NCBI GenBank assembly: GCA_010909165.1
Contig: VJWM01000218.1
Span: 1 to 64,000, forward strand
DNA: 64,000 bases
Direction: 5' to 3'
Origin: Anthoceros angustus
Lineage: Eukaryota > Plantae > Anthocerotophyta
Part shown: positions 1-13,395 of the stretch, one piece after another
How positions within the stretch are numbered: position 1 is the stretch's first letter
How the letters are laid out: each line of letters opens with the position of its first letter
Notes under the pieces: model-generated
Database searches by the model: none
What the model saw: the letters and a program-made list of their open reading frames with translations, nothing else
What the model was told of the DNA's origin: nothing
Position numbers and translations under genes: made by a program

Positions 1-241
1 TTGCTTGGTTTGTGTAGCTAGAGAAAATGGCATCTATGGGATTTGGACGATCTTTCCTTGCTATTTTCCTTGCTCTTCTACTCATGTTTCCAAGCATATT
101 GCTAGGCGTACTAGGAGTCACTTGCGACGTCAAGAGGATAGATATTGATGTGACATATTGAGGGCTCCACGCCGCCTAGTGGTCCTAGCCCCGCAATGAG
201 CCGGGATGCCTCCTCTAGATCCACGGAAGGTGATTGTTCGA

Positions 242-254
242 CACTACTAGAAAC
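242..254 (+). repeat. CACTA left terminal inverted repeat
   Basis: CACTACTAGAAAC preceded by TSD CGA. Confidence 0.95.
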
Positions 255-3200
255 ACTGCCTATGTAAGCGTTTTTGTTGTAGTTCTTGTTATGGTGATCA
301 CAAAGCGTTACAACGGATGGTATGGGAGACTCATCACACAAGCCTAAGTTTGTTACATTGTCATTACCCTTCTCTCTACTTGAATGGGTGCGACATGCTT
401 CCTTCAAATCCCTCTTTCTCACTTATCTATAGTAAAAATAGTTTCACTACTTGGTACCGGAGTGAGGTCCCAGTTCTAGTTCCATTGTCGATCGGGCCCG
501 TGAACTCCCTTGTAATTATGTTCATCCACGCCCTCCCACGCGTGGTCCGCAGCCTCTTGTCATGCTCGCTTTTTCATGCACCTTCCCTTAAAATATCGGA
601 AACCTCACGCCACATCCACTTGGTGGGTTCCTCTTGCTCGCACACCGGTGGGCGGGTTCTCCACGCGGAGCGTTTGGCTTTTTTGTCTTGTCTTGGGTAT
701 CCGGGCCCGGGGCGTGCCTTGTGGAAAACCGTGACATGGTGATGTTGTTCGGTACCCTAAAAAGTATTTTCGGAAGTGGCATATGTCACGATCCAACCCA
801 TACGAGATGGACAATGTACCAGCAGACGGTCGGTCATCTGATGAGGTACTATGCGGATGTCCGTTGCGATATGGTGAGGATAACAAGATCAACGATTCGA
901 TTGTCACGAATACATTGTTGTTCTTAGAAGTTAGCGACTCGATTCTGTTGTTGTGAGTGTGAAGATGGAGACAAAAGCGAGCTGTGGGCTTGAGTCCTCG
1001 GAATGGCGGCGTCACGGTTGAGCCTTGCATACAACATCGCACTCCACACTTCGTGCTTCCAATGGTGGATTGAAGATTGGAATCCTTGGTGGTAAACGTA
1101 AACAAGGCAAACCACATTTTAAGCCGTCGGCTTTCAAAACCGTCATGGTTTGCGGCCATACCAAATCTTGCAAGAACAACAACGGCACACTCACCTCCCA
1201 CGTCAAACTCCTATCTTCATTGAGCTCTTGTGCATGAAGAACTCGCCTTCATATACCTCCATCACGGCTCCTTATCCTTGTCGGAATAGGTACCCATGTG
1301 ATCGCCCGCCAACAAGGCATGAAGTCCTCCAGCCAAGGTGAAGCGGGCCTCAAGCGATCATGTCTGCCTCGAGTAGGTGGTAATGGCCGTCATTCACTTT
1401 GAAATCTGCATATCGCATGGTCCACCACTGGTGAGTGAACAAAACCCTCGGTACGATACAGCAGAAGTTTGCCCCATCAATTCTTGCTTCACAATAGTGA
1501 CAATGCCACATCTTGTAGATGGGTAAGCATGGACCTTAACGCATGCAGGCGGTCCACGAAGGTAAGCGTTGATCCCAATAGGGCCCCTCTCGCGCATATA
1601 TGTGTTTCCCCATCCACTTGTGAAATTGTGCCTCCTCCGCAATGACGTCGCAAGTTCCCACCAATCCAATCGGCCTTGTTGGGTGCGAGGTAATTTCTCC
1701 AAATTGGGCCACCTTACGCACCACGAAGTGTGAACAAGTGCTCTCCCAACATGGCGTCACAATACAATTTCTCCCTTGCAGTCTCAAATCAGGGGCCGAT
1801 GTGTTCACGCCAATTCTCTCGGAGTGCCTCAAGCTGGTGCACGAATATTGCGAGCTCCTTTGCTCGACCTAGGAACCCAAGACCCAACCTTTGCAAGCTC
1901 CCAAACTTTCCGTTCGGCCGATCTTTGCTAGCGCCACAGCAACGGCCCATCATCCTCCAAACTTGCTCTTTGTGACAAACCGATGATGCATTTCCGGCAA
2001 CCCCGCCTCCATGACTTGGAGCACCCACCTACCCTCTCCCCTCCCCACACATATGGGGTGTGCACATCGCCGAATCAGTGCGCCCACGCACCTTCTCATC
2101 GCTTTCCACGCCCGAGGCTGCACTCCAAATTGGAGCGGCACATGCATATCTGGTTTCTGGCGGTGGAGTTGTCGCTCGGTCGGACTCGAACCCGAATGTG
2201 CCGCCATCTGCCGTCGTGCCTTGTGCCTTCGCAGTACTCTATGGGTAGTTCGCCATTGCCAATGATACCTCCATGTGTTGGGTGTGTAATTGGAGACATT
2301 CGGGCAAGTAGTAAGGCTGTTTGGTGTGCCATCCATGGCGGTCCGTGGCGATTCGAGAAATGTGTAAGGTGGCCGTGAAGCGCATATGCAAGGAAGTGTC
2401 GCGGCAAATAGAAGTCAACCTCGAGTGACAAACACGCTTTAATCTTGGTGAACTTTGGGAAGGCAATGCTTTCCATCTTTACTTCAATTGAACAACTTGC
2501 CGCACACACCCTTTGTGGAAGTGCTACAAAACTCCAGGACATCCTGCGGCGGCGATTTCGTGCACTTGTTGTCGGTCGTCATGGCATGTTTGCGTGTGCC
2601 CTCAGAAATAAACACCTAGGATACGGCATCGCCGCACAGCGTCTTACGGCAAGCGGCTAGTGCGAGGCTTGCAATGCGTCGGCGGCAGTTTGGAATGCGT
2701 CTTCAAATGGAGGTTGCGGCCTTCTCGCCACATTGTGACCGTGTGTCTTTGGGTCTGTTGGGAGCTCCATGTCTTGATGCATGGAAAACTCTTCGTGCAC
2801 ATACATCTTCACATATGAGAGAACTACGGGCGTTGTTGCGGCGATAGCCTTCCGATGGATGCCGGAAAGAATCGATCGCATACAGTGTTGGCAAATGCGT
2901 CTACCAATGCATCGTACCACGGGCATTGGCGTGTAATGCGACCATCTCCTCAAGCCGGTGATGCCATCCAATGTTAGCATCGACAATATAACAAGGTTAA
3001 ATACATTGCTGGTTGGCATCGACACGGAAGCGATGGGTGTCGTGGTATGTGAGAGAGAGGTGGCGTTCTGGCTGGCGGCATTTGAAGTCGCTATTGTGAA
3101 CATCCACATTTTGTGATGTGATAGATGCCGCCCATGAGAATACGAGTGGAGGCGAGTGCGTTGTTGGCGTCCCATCCTTCTCATCAACGAGCGATGTCAT

Positions 3201-3669
3201 GTCCGGAGAAAGTGGCGGTGCCCTCAATGCGACTTTCTATGGGCACCGGCGCATTAACATTCTTCGAGGGGTGGGGTATTTTGAGTTTGAACCATCAGTT
3301 GCAATGCAGCGTATCTGGAATCCGGACTTGACGCACATGCTATGTCCATGCCGTTGCGAACATACACCCATCCGCACACATTTCACGCAACATTGTGAGG
3401 AAACTATCCGCGTTGGTATCGTGAGCGGTGAGTGCCGTGGAATATGCAAGCATGTTCTCCCTACTTGATTACGTGACTTGTTTAAGGTTATGCATCTCAT
3501 TTATTTTTCGGGCTTTCAATGCGGTAGCGTAAAATTTGCGGTCCCAGTCCTCATTCACGAGGATGAGGCAGCGTGGGCATGCGCCGTCATTGCTATAAGG
3601 TGCGGTTTGAATCCATCGATGAGCAACACATGTCTCCTCCACTCGGCGACATCAATACGCCACAACCGG

Positions 3670-6400
3670 ATGTATTATGCCCACCCACCGATTCGAGCGG
3701 TGAGCGAGAACGATGTCGGGCGGGCACATGGTGTGGATGATGTGGACATCGATGACAGCATGGCCGGTTGGGATCCCCAACAAGTGCCCAGCGATGACAC
3801 AGCAGCAGCCCGAATTGCCGCGGAAACACCATTGTTCACAGGTTGCGAACATTGCAGTACCACTGAAACTTCTCTCACTGCGACACTTCTGCTCCTATCA
3901 ATCCAATCCAAGTTCGGAATATCTGATGTTGCCATAGCTATATTGGAGGCTCTTGGGCATCATCGCCATCGGAAACTCGCTGCCACGGTCCATGGCGGAG
4001 GCAAAGAAAACCCTATATATGTTTGGGCCCAAGGTCGAAAAGATTCACGCCTGTGTTAATGACTGTTTGCTTTTCCGTGGACCATATGCTTCCGACGAAA
4101 TTTGCCAGAAATGTGCATCGGCCAGATATGTGTCTGGCACGGGTCTACCAAATGGTACTAGGAGAGTACCCCGAAAAGTCCTCTGGCATTTTCCCTGAAG
4201 TCTAGGCTGACTCGTATGTTTTGCACGCCAGAGACAGCTGCGCTCATGACTTCGTACGTGACAATGCGGAGCGTGGATGGTTCCATGGGCATCATGGCGA
4301 TACACACATGGGTCATTCGGATGGGTTGGACGGTTTTGGCTTGGAACCGCGAAATATTCGTTTGCTCGCCAGATGGGTTTAATCCTTTTGGGCATAAGTC
4401 TACATCCCATTCCATTTGGCTGTGTTCTGGTTGTGCACAACCCACCATGGTTGAGTACAATCTCAATATCATAATGCCAATTATAGTGCGGGGCCCCACA
4501 TTGTCCCGAATTTCGATGTCTACATGGAGCCACTATTGCAGGAGTTGAGTGACCTTTGGACTGGGATACCAATGGAAGACTTCTCACAACCGGAAGGCAG
4601 CCCGCAGCGGAAATTCCGCTTGCGTGCAGCTATTTTGCACACGATAGCTGATTACCCGGGCTTGGGAACATTGTCGGGGTTTCAGGTGAAAGGGTCGCGG
4701 GCATGTATGGAATGTTGGGATGCATTAGGATCCCGATGGGCGCAGCACCTTCAAAAGGAGGTATATCTGGGGTACCGCCGATGGCTGCCACCCAACCACC
4801 CCATGCGCCGCCTTCATTCGAATATGTACAATGGTGAAGTGGAAAGGCTCACGGCCACACGCACCAACTTATGCCACGGTCATCTCCGACATGGAACGTA
4901 GGGAGAAAGCAACATCGAGGGAGTTGAGGGAGCGAGGGTTGTTCGGCACCCGTCGCTTGTTGCTGTGGTTCAAATATTTACCATATTGGAGGGATATGCC
5001 GAAGTGGGCACAGAAGGATGTGATGCACGTTGAAAGAAACAATGCGGAGACTATCTGGCACACTCTAACAGGAGAAAAGGATGACTTGAAATCCCGGTTG
5101 GACATGGAAGAATACGGTGGGAAGCACGACTTGTGGCCTCGTGGAGCCAATAGGGACCAATATACTCCGGCGACGTATGTGTTATCGTCTCCGGACTTGG
5201 AGAAGGTTATGAAGGAAATGCAAGCAATCAAACTACCCACCGGATATGCTTCTAACATCGCAAATAAGCTAGCTTCGGGCAAAGTGGGGAGTTTAAAAGC
5301 ACACGATTGGCATGTACTAATGGAAATATACTTCCCAATTGTTTTAAGGGGAAGAATTAAACCAGATGTGTACAAGGCGGTGGCCGGGTTGAGCAAACTT
5401 TATCGGTGGATATGCCTGAGAATCGAGGCATGAGGTGGGAAGAATGCAAGCGAGTGCATCAAAGTCATGTGCGACTTGGAGGGAATTCCCACCTAAATTG
5501 TTTGATATTTCCACCCACCTCATTATTCATCTTGTGGATGAGGTCGCACTTCTTCCTGCTCATGTCGGATGGATGTATCCGGTTGAAAGATATCTAGGAA
5601 GGAGGAAGGAAGACATCCGACAACGCAAAGAAAACCGAGGGAAGCATGGCGGAGGGTATGTTCGAGAGGAGGCTGTCATGTTTGCAAAGGCTTACCTTCG
5701 GCGACATCATCCGCAAACAGCCCATATTTACGGTGAGAAAGATGAGCACGACCGCGACGGTGAACCGTTAGGAATGGGCAAGCCATACAAGTTCACCACG
5801 TCGGAGCTCCACCAGGTCCACAATTTTGTGTTGAGACACACGATGGTTCTTGACCCCTTCCTATAGCTTTACAACGAAGAGGTCATGGATGTTGATGCTG
5901 ATGAAGACAGGCAATCTTTCCGCGCGTGGGTTCATCTTGGGATTCGGAAGGTGGGAGTCATCCGTATTTTGCTGTTGCGCCATAATGGATGGGCCTTCTA
6001 TTTCGCGACTACTTATAGGCACATGTGGAGCAATGGTAGCCACCTACGCACCTTTGCGAAGCGTCGCGCCACTCGGACTGAGTTTGTACAAAGTATGTCA
6101 TGGGAGGCGGTGTCTGGACATACTATGGCAATGTAGCGGAAATAATTCGAGTGTTTTGCGGATTCGAGCCAATGGTCCTTAAGGTCAAGTGGTTTGAGTG
6201 TAATCCAAGTGGGAGATCCCAATCCATTCGCGAAACTTACGGTGGATTTGATCTCGTGTTCACCGGAAGGACCGCACATATGTTGCGATGGAGTTGACAC
6301 CCCTTTCATATGGCCACATCAAGTTACACAATGCATATTCCATCACATAGCGGAGAATAGAGGTGGGCTTTATGTTTACACGCTGGCGTGGTGGAGGAGA
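3670..6400 (+). pseudogene. CACTA TnpD/Tnp2 transposase (Transposase_21, DUF4218 and DUF4216 regions), frameshifted as assembled
   Basis: Collinear motifs across frames: KIHACVNDCLLFRG..C..C..RY, PRKVLWHFP, DGFNPFG..S.SHSIW, EPLLQELSDLW.GI, LRAAILHTIADYPGLGTLSG, C..C, YLGYRRWLPPNHP, DVMHVERN, LKAHDWHVLM, FDISTHLIIHLVDEV, WMYPVERYLG, YYGNVAEII..KVKWF, PFIWPHQVTQ. Ends approximate. Confidence 0.92.
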
Positions 6401-9400
6401 GTCGTAATAATGACTCGGGGCTTCATAGAATTTTCTTCTTATGCGACTTGAGTTGGAACACTTTATGAACATGGGTTTCCATATACAAAAAAGGCAACCT
6501 TAGGCGCGGTCAAGTTATGGCGCGACATTGGGACACACTCCGCTCTAAGGCGTGTTATCGCCGCAACGTCTCGGACCGAGTATAGGACCCACCATGTCCG
6601 CTCTTCTCCAAAACCATTCCGCAATGGGGAGATCCGCACCAGTCCATCCAATGTGTAATATCTAGCAATGACCCACCTCCAAAGACACGCCCGCGCATCC
6701 AAAACCTCGCCACCGCAAAGTTGCAAGCCATCGCGCGTCTTCATCGCAGTTGGGCGCCGTGGTGGGCGCGGTGTGCCCGTCCACGTTTGGCGTATGGTGC
6801 CCTCCACCTCGGCAAGAAATCAGTATCCGTTGCTTCCATCCGGCTGCCGCCATGCCCATTACACTCACACCTACAAAGCCGCCCAAACCATAAGATACGA
6901 AGATGACGCAGCCCGCGGACAATATGGCCGACAATTGAACGCAAGCTCGCGAAATCCAAGCGGCAGAATCGACCGTCTTCAATGCGAAACCAGAGGGCAA
7001 ATGGGTGTGAGGGAGGAGGCGTAAATGGAAGCCTTATATCCAGAAAGGCTGCAATTATGACAGCATGACGAGGATGGACTCATTGGTGGCGCTACGTCTG
7101 ACAAGTGTGAAGCGTGCATGGAAATATTCGCCCCTCGGGTTGAGAGAACGCGGCTTTCCATTTTAATGTTCGATCATACAATGCTATATACCATGTTTGA
7201 GGAGAGGCGGTGTCCTTGGAACATGGTCTTTTCCCAACAAGATACCATGTCATCGAACCATGATATTTCCGCTCATACCATGCTCCTTGGAACATGGGGA
7301 TGTCATGATACTCGATACATAGGGCGGAAATTATGCATTTGTGTATGTACCTTGTTCCTTGGACCATGGTATTTGCACAAACCATGTCGTGGGGACATGG
7401 TGATGGCATGGGAGGAAGTTCCTTGGTTGATGGGTTCGATGCCTATATATGTCATGCTATATATATGGCTGGTAAATGGGCATGAATGACATATTGAATG
7501 TGAGGACAACCGCGCGTACATGCTCGAGTCGTCATGATGCTTGGCACGCGTTCCTCAAAGTTGTAGGCACGCCCGCGAAAGGAATGTGACACCACGCATG
7601 TTCCTGGGCGTCAACTTCAGTCATCACTGCGTATGTGCAAGACGCCTGCCTCTCAATCCATACATGGCTCCCCGGGAGCCGACGAAACGACCCTCCAGCA
7701 GTTTGCGCAATGACCCAGAGCGCGGAACAAAGGCTGTGTCCTCCATGAGGGTTCAATCGGACAGAGTGAAAGCAGGGCGATGCGCCGCCGGGGTGAAGGA
7801 CCGTCGACGCTCCCAGGCATTTGGGCGCCAACGGTTGGGGCATGAAGACGCCAGAACCACCTACTTGCAGGCCTGTGTGCAGGAGGCAGCACAATTGTCT
7901 ATTAGAGGTGCTGGAGTTGCCAACGACGGCCATATGCGAATGGGAATAACCGAAGCCTGGGGATTCAGGGGTGAAATGGAGTCTGAATGTATTCATATAT
8001 GGACGGAGGCAGACGACATTGGCGAATACTGTTCGGATTGTGGGATGCTAGGGTTTTCGGAGCCGCCCCTCTACGGAATCGAGACACGCTTCCTCGTCAT
8101 GCACACCGGGTTGAAGAAACAACAAAATGACTAGGAGCTTTGAGGCTAGCAAGAAAAGAATTGTCCATACATGCCTGAGAATTGGATCCAATTTGGAACA
8201 GGAAGTTGCTTTTCAGATTGTAGATTTGTTGTGGGTGCTTGGCGATGACTGCAACCATGCTTAGCTTGTAGACCAGTGTTGCCGGTGACCTTTTTTGCTT
8301 TGACACCGATTCAGGGGAAGGCATTTGCCTCCCTCGCAAAGTATATGTTATATGAGTTGTGTGAATTTCTGGCTATAGGGAATGAAACTAAAATAGAGAT
8401 TTAAATGTCCCTCAATGGCGAACGTGCGGTCAGTGCGGCACCGTATGCCATAACAAGAGATTACTTGAAGTGTAACAAGACATGCACGCCACCGAAATGC
8501 GTGTCCTTGACCACACCGCCGCATGCGAGGCGGGTGCATGGGGTTTTGTGCAGGTCATTTGAAAAGAACATTTATCACAAGCCATCACAACCGCTCAAAT
8601 CTTATCGGCAGATCTCCGCACCACCGCCGACGGGGACTACTGGATGGCTCCTACCATGGACCAATTTTCCCTGGTGCAAGTCATTTCAACAACGTGGCGA
8701 AGAAACCGACCGGTCTGGCGGATGGTCAGCCGTCGCCCGTCGCCTTCCATACTTCTGACCCAATTAGGCGGTAAGCCACACATGGTTGGCGCACTAAGTC
8801 ACTAAAGGTGGTCGGCAACATGAGGCGAATGGCTGTGAACATGGCAGGTGGCGGCGTTGAGGAATTCAACCTCCCATCTCCGCAGTCAGCTGACTTGCAC
8901 GCGAGTGGGGGGGGATACACCGATCACCATGGAGTTCCCACACTGCCAGACACGGTAAGACCACGCGATCCCGTCTCATTCCAAGCGAGTGTCCGATCCA
9001 GGAAGCCCATGACAACGTGCGGCTCGCAGTGATTTCCACGCGTGGACTATCGGGCAAATGGCAATGCAATCTGGTCATCCGGAGGCGAAGCGGCGGAAGT
9101 TTGCCGGCCGCCACTCACCCTATACCCACCCGACGGGCGATTCGCAGGAGGTCAAGGAAATGCGCGATCGACCTCCCGGTTGACGTCGTGCATTGCATAA
9201 TGCTTGGGGTCGGAGCTTTGTTGCGGTGGGCAAGCGGCTAGCCTTCTGCTGTAAATGGGCCACCTTCTTGTTGACCACATGGACAACACGCACTGATGTT
9301 TGGTGAGAAAACATGGAATGTCGTGGGTTCGAGCGCCGGCCCAGCCCATGGCACCCGTGGCAACGCAAACCTCCCGGGATGAGGAAGTGGAAGGAGGCGG

Positions 9401-9429
9401 GAGCGTTGGCAAGGTGAATGAGTTGCTAT

Positions 9430-10385
9430 TCGGGGCTTGACCTCAAGACACAAGGAATTCTTGGAACTCATTCGGACAAAGGCTACCAACGAGATACCGG
9501 TAGGTGGAGCGAATTGTCAAAGTCGAGGAGGAAGACATTATGCGAAGATGTCTTGTACAGTTCCGGACTTGATGAAGGCGGGCTGCCCATTTTTAGCCAA
9601 CATACAAGGAGTAGGAACCAACGGTATGTAGCTGACCAAGGCTTGTGCCTTAGAGGAAAAAAGGGAAACAGTCCTCGAATTCAAGCCACCCATGGCGGAT
9701 GACAAGGTATGGCAAGAGGTGCTTACATGGGCACGGGTTGAACTTGACAACATGGCAACTTTTGCCCTCCAAAGCTCAACTAGCGCAAAGGCAAGACTCA
9801 AGGCGGATGGCGAGGGCCTAACCAAGATGGCGTTGTGGGAAGAAGGGATGGATCTACAAGTTCCAGAAAAGCATGGGAGGGATCCAACGATCGAGGAGCT
9901 TGAATTTGGGGCTCTCCGTCCTATGAAAACATAACCGAACTGTCATGCGGAGGTGGAGGGTCTGGAAGGATTTCTCGCGTCAGAGCTAAGAAGGAGGGAA
10001 GGAAGCGGAAATATGACCCTCCAAACATCGAGGATATACGAGATCGGACCGGAACATGTGGCGGACGAAGATGGCGATGGCGAGGAGGATCAAGAAGGAG
10101 GTAATGGTGTGTTTGAGGACCATATGTCAAGTGGCGACGCTCCGAGGACGACAATGCCGATGGCGAGAATGGGGATGCGGGGAAGATGGGCAAGAAGGGG
10201 AAAGAGAAGTGGAAGAAGAGGATGAGGAAGAGGACAATGAGGAAGAGGACAAGGAGGACGAGAACGCAGGGAAGCCGAGACCGAGGAAGAGGAGGGTCAT
10301 GCGGAAGGCAGCACAGGAGATGGAGGTCATTGATGATGGGAGTGATTCGAGACGACGTGCACAATTCCGGAAGAAGGGTCGGTGA
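9430..10385 (+). pseudogene. Possible TnpA/Ptta-like second CACTA protein fragment with acidic C-terminal tail
   Basis: Downstream of TnpD on the same strand. P...DDKVWQEVLTW and EKHGRDPTIEEL loosely resemble TnpA (Transposase_24) features; E/D-rich tail 10200-10330. Weak similarity only. Confidence 0.35.
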
Positions 10386-11288
10386 CGACCCAGACCGCAA
10401 GGGAAGGGAAATTCGCCGAGGAAAGGGGTGGCCCCACATATGGAAGTCACGAGTAACAAGGGCCGCAGCTTCCGAAAGGAAAGGCGTCGGGGAAAAGCAA
10501 GCGGTCATCGGTTTCTTGTGTAAGATTGGTGTTCGATGTTGGTCACTTTCTTGTTTCGGTATCTTTGCATCATCGGTGTTTGGTGTCTGTGTGCGAGGAG
10601 AACCATCCTTAAAGCCGGGATCATGCACCGAGAAAGACGGCCGAGCGAAGCATAGCACCAGTGTGTAGAAGGTCGCGAGCGGAAAAGGCCAAAGGCCGCA
10701 AACGCATCCGGAGCGACAAAGCCGTCAAATACCCCGCTGAGTACGATTAGATAGTCATATGCATATGGCTTATGGTGCATGGGCCTCCTGTGCTGGCCAT
10801 AAAACATGATACAACGATTTACAAATGCTCTGGAATTAATGCGTTTATTCTACATGTTGTATGCCAAATACGCAGAACAATACACACCATCGTCGTACAT
10901 ACAATCCCCATACATTCAAATACGTCAATATGTTTTCACGATAAATACGGCAGGTGTACGGTGGGTCGAAAAATAAGTGGCAGGCATAAAGGGGCATCCA
11001 TAAAGGGGCATCCACAGTACGCCCGCATCATCGGGGGGTGGCGTGCGGCACATAAATGTGTGCGCACGCCCCCTTCATGTCGAGCGGGCAAGCAGATCCC
11101 CTTAATCCATGCTCACCAACCCGAGGCCCAACCTCGCTCAACCAAAGCGTTACAACGAATCGCCTTCTAACAATTTAATTGTAACGATTTCGCTGGCTCG
11201 GGGGACCGAACCAGAACCGTTACAATGGACATTATAATATAACAATAGGACATATATATGTTACAAAAAAACGTGACATACCCACCTG

Positions 11289-11301
11289 GTTCCTAGTAGT
11301 G
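11289..11301 (-). repeat. CACTA right terminal inverted repeat
   Basis: Reverse complement CACTACTAGGAAC, followed by TSD CGA. Confidence 0.95.
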
Positions 11302-13395
11302 CGAGGAGACGAAGGCATCTTGAGGGCTCCTAGAAAACCACCTAGTGGTGCTAGCCACAGTAATGAGCACAGGATGCCTCCTCGATGTAGAGAAAGTGAC
11401 TGCTCAAGGAGGCGCATCTTGAGGGCTCGGTGAAACCACCTAGCGGTGCTAGCTCGGCAATGAGCACAGGATGCCTCCTCTGAGGCAAAGAAAGTAATTG
11501 TTGGAGGCACAAAGGCATCTTGAGAGCTCCAAGAAAACCACCTAGTGGTGCTAGCCACGGCAATGAGCACAGGATGCCTCCTCTAGATCCATCAAGGTGA
11601 CTCTTGAGGCAGGCGCATCTTGAGGGCTCCACGAAACCACCTAGCGGTGCTAGCCACAGTAATGAGCACAGGATGCCTCCTCTAGATCCATAGAGAGTCA
11701 TTTTTCAACTTGTATTGAGTGCGTAAGTAATGGCTCATACAAGGCACAAGTGGGAATTATAATGTGCATATGTCGTTCACCCTTGGACACCCTTTTTGTT
11801 GGGAAGGTGTGGTATTGAAACGGGGAGATATTTTCTTGTCATATATTTATTGAAGAATTTAACTGAACTTATTATGTCAACAATAAAAAATAATTCGGAT
11901 TTACTAACTATTGATCTTTTTGATGTTAATACGACATTAAAGGGAATGTGTTACTTGACCCCATCATTTCACTCCGGAACAAGGATGTGGAAATGCATGT
12001 CACACCATTTGGTCTACACCGTGGCTTTAGCATCGTCTGAGAAGACGATCCCCAGATGGGCCCCATTGCATATAGCACCAGCCCAAGCCGTTGAGAGGGA
12101 TGGGAGAAAAGTGATAGCAAGCCTGTCACAGCACCAAGCAGCAGTGGAATTGAAGGACAAGACTACCGCACGGTGTGAATACGCAAGTTCTTGAGGAGTG
12201 GCAAAATGGTCATCGGCAGACTTGCTCTTCAAAGACGAAGGCATCTTGAGGGCTCCACGAAACCACCTAGCGGTGCTAGCCTGCAATGAGCCCGGGATGC
12301 CTCCTCGATGTAGAGAAAGTGACTGCTCAAGGAGACGACGCATCTTGCGGCATGATAGACCCGAGCTCGCGATGGAGAAAGAATTAGGACACGGGACTTA
12401 GAATATCTAGGAGATTGGAGACACAGGTGGTAAAACCCCTTAGGTTGAAAGGTCCTCTCATGTTACAAAGACATTGGTATGCCAAAATGAACCTACCTAG
12501 CTCAAGACCGCGAGGACATCTCAAGCCCTCGGGACAAGGTATTGGGTCCCATCCTTTCCTTTGAAGTCGTTTCCTACATACTTGGAGTACAAACGCATGC
12601 TAGAGGACATCTACAACGGCTTCCACACACCGCTCCATCTAGTCCGTACAATACTAATGAACTTACCGCCACTGCATCACAACTCGGGCGGTCCAATGAT
12701 CATGTCCACCAAAGATTGGAGTATTCAGCGGACCCCCAACTGCCGGAGCTCTACTCGCGTTGCTACCTCGAACGGGCGCACGGACGCCTGGTCCTTCACC
12801 AGGCGAGGCCAGCGGCCAGGACTTGCAGGTGAGCCTGTGCGGCTAAACTCTCCTTATGTCAAGGGGGAGAAATTCCATATAGTGCAAGGAATCTGATCTC
12901 TGATCTTCGTAGAGGTGTTCTCCTAGGACGTTTAGAATCAGGCTACTATCTAAGAGTTTGATTCTATAGGGATTTCCTGTTCAACTCAACCTGTGCTTTG
13001 AGGTGATCAGCAACACTTTTAGACCAGACTTGCTCTTCAGCACGACACCCATTGCTCCGTCATTGCATATTTGCTTATCACATGAATTTGGACAACAAAA
13101 ATAAAGGTGTAGCACTAGCGACCACGAGGTCCTAGGATACGACTAGTCTGCAATGTATGAAGCGGGTAATCAATCTACAAACATTCGAGACCGAGTACTT
13201 GGGGCTATGATACCATATTAACAATAAAACTATAGAGAACTTGTACAATTGAATAAGTGCAACTAATCGATCAATTACAAAATTATCCTAAATACTTGTG
13301 TGGTGGTATTGTGGTGTATGTTCAAAATTAACCTAAATGAATAAATAATATTGGATAGGTTAAATTACCCCTAACCTCTAATGTAGCTAAAGAAA

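Larger units (their letters stand above)
242..11301 (+). mobile_element. Full-length CACTA (EnSpm) DNA transposon, 11,060 bp
   Basis: Begins CACTACTAGAAAC and ends GTTCCTAGTAGTG (12/13 inverted match). 3-bp TSD CGA at 239-241 and 11302-11304. The empty site GATTGTTCGAGGAGACG is intact in other array units (e.g. ~16724-16740). Internal Tnp2 transposase motifs present. Confidence 0.97.
27..11693 (+). pseudogene. Multi-motif secreted peptide precursor, copy 0, split by the CACTA insertion (27-241 plus 11302-11693)
   Basis: Signal-peptide region and motif 1 (CCGCCTAGTGGTCCTAGC) precede the CACTA. Motifs 2-5 and the CCA TAG stop follow it. Confidence 0.8.

Noticed and set aside
11310-11690. ~100-bp periodic repeats with variable spacers as a CRISPR array
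   Set aside because: The repeat portion is too long, the same spacers recur in every unit, the repeats encode a peptide motif, the context is eukaryotic and there are no cas genes.
13365-13382. Telomere-like ACCCTAACCTCTAA upstream of the pseudo-paralog
   Set aside because: Only ~2 imperfect units; cannot be distinguished from chance.
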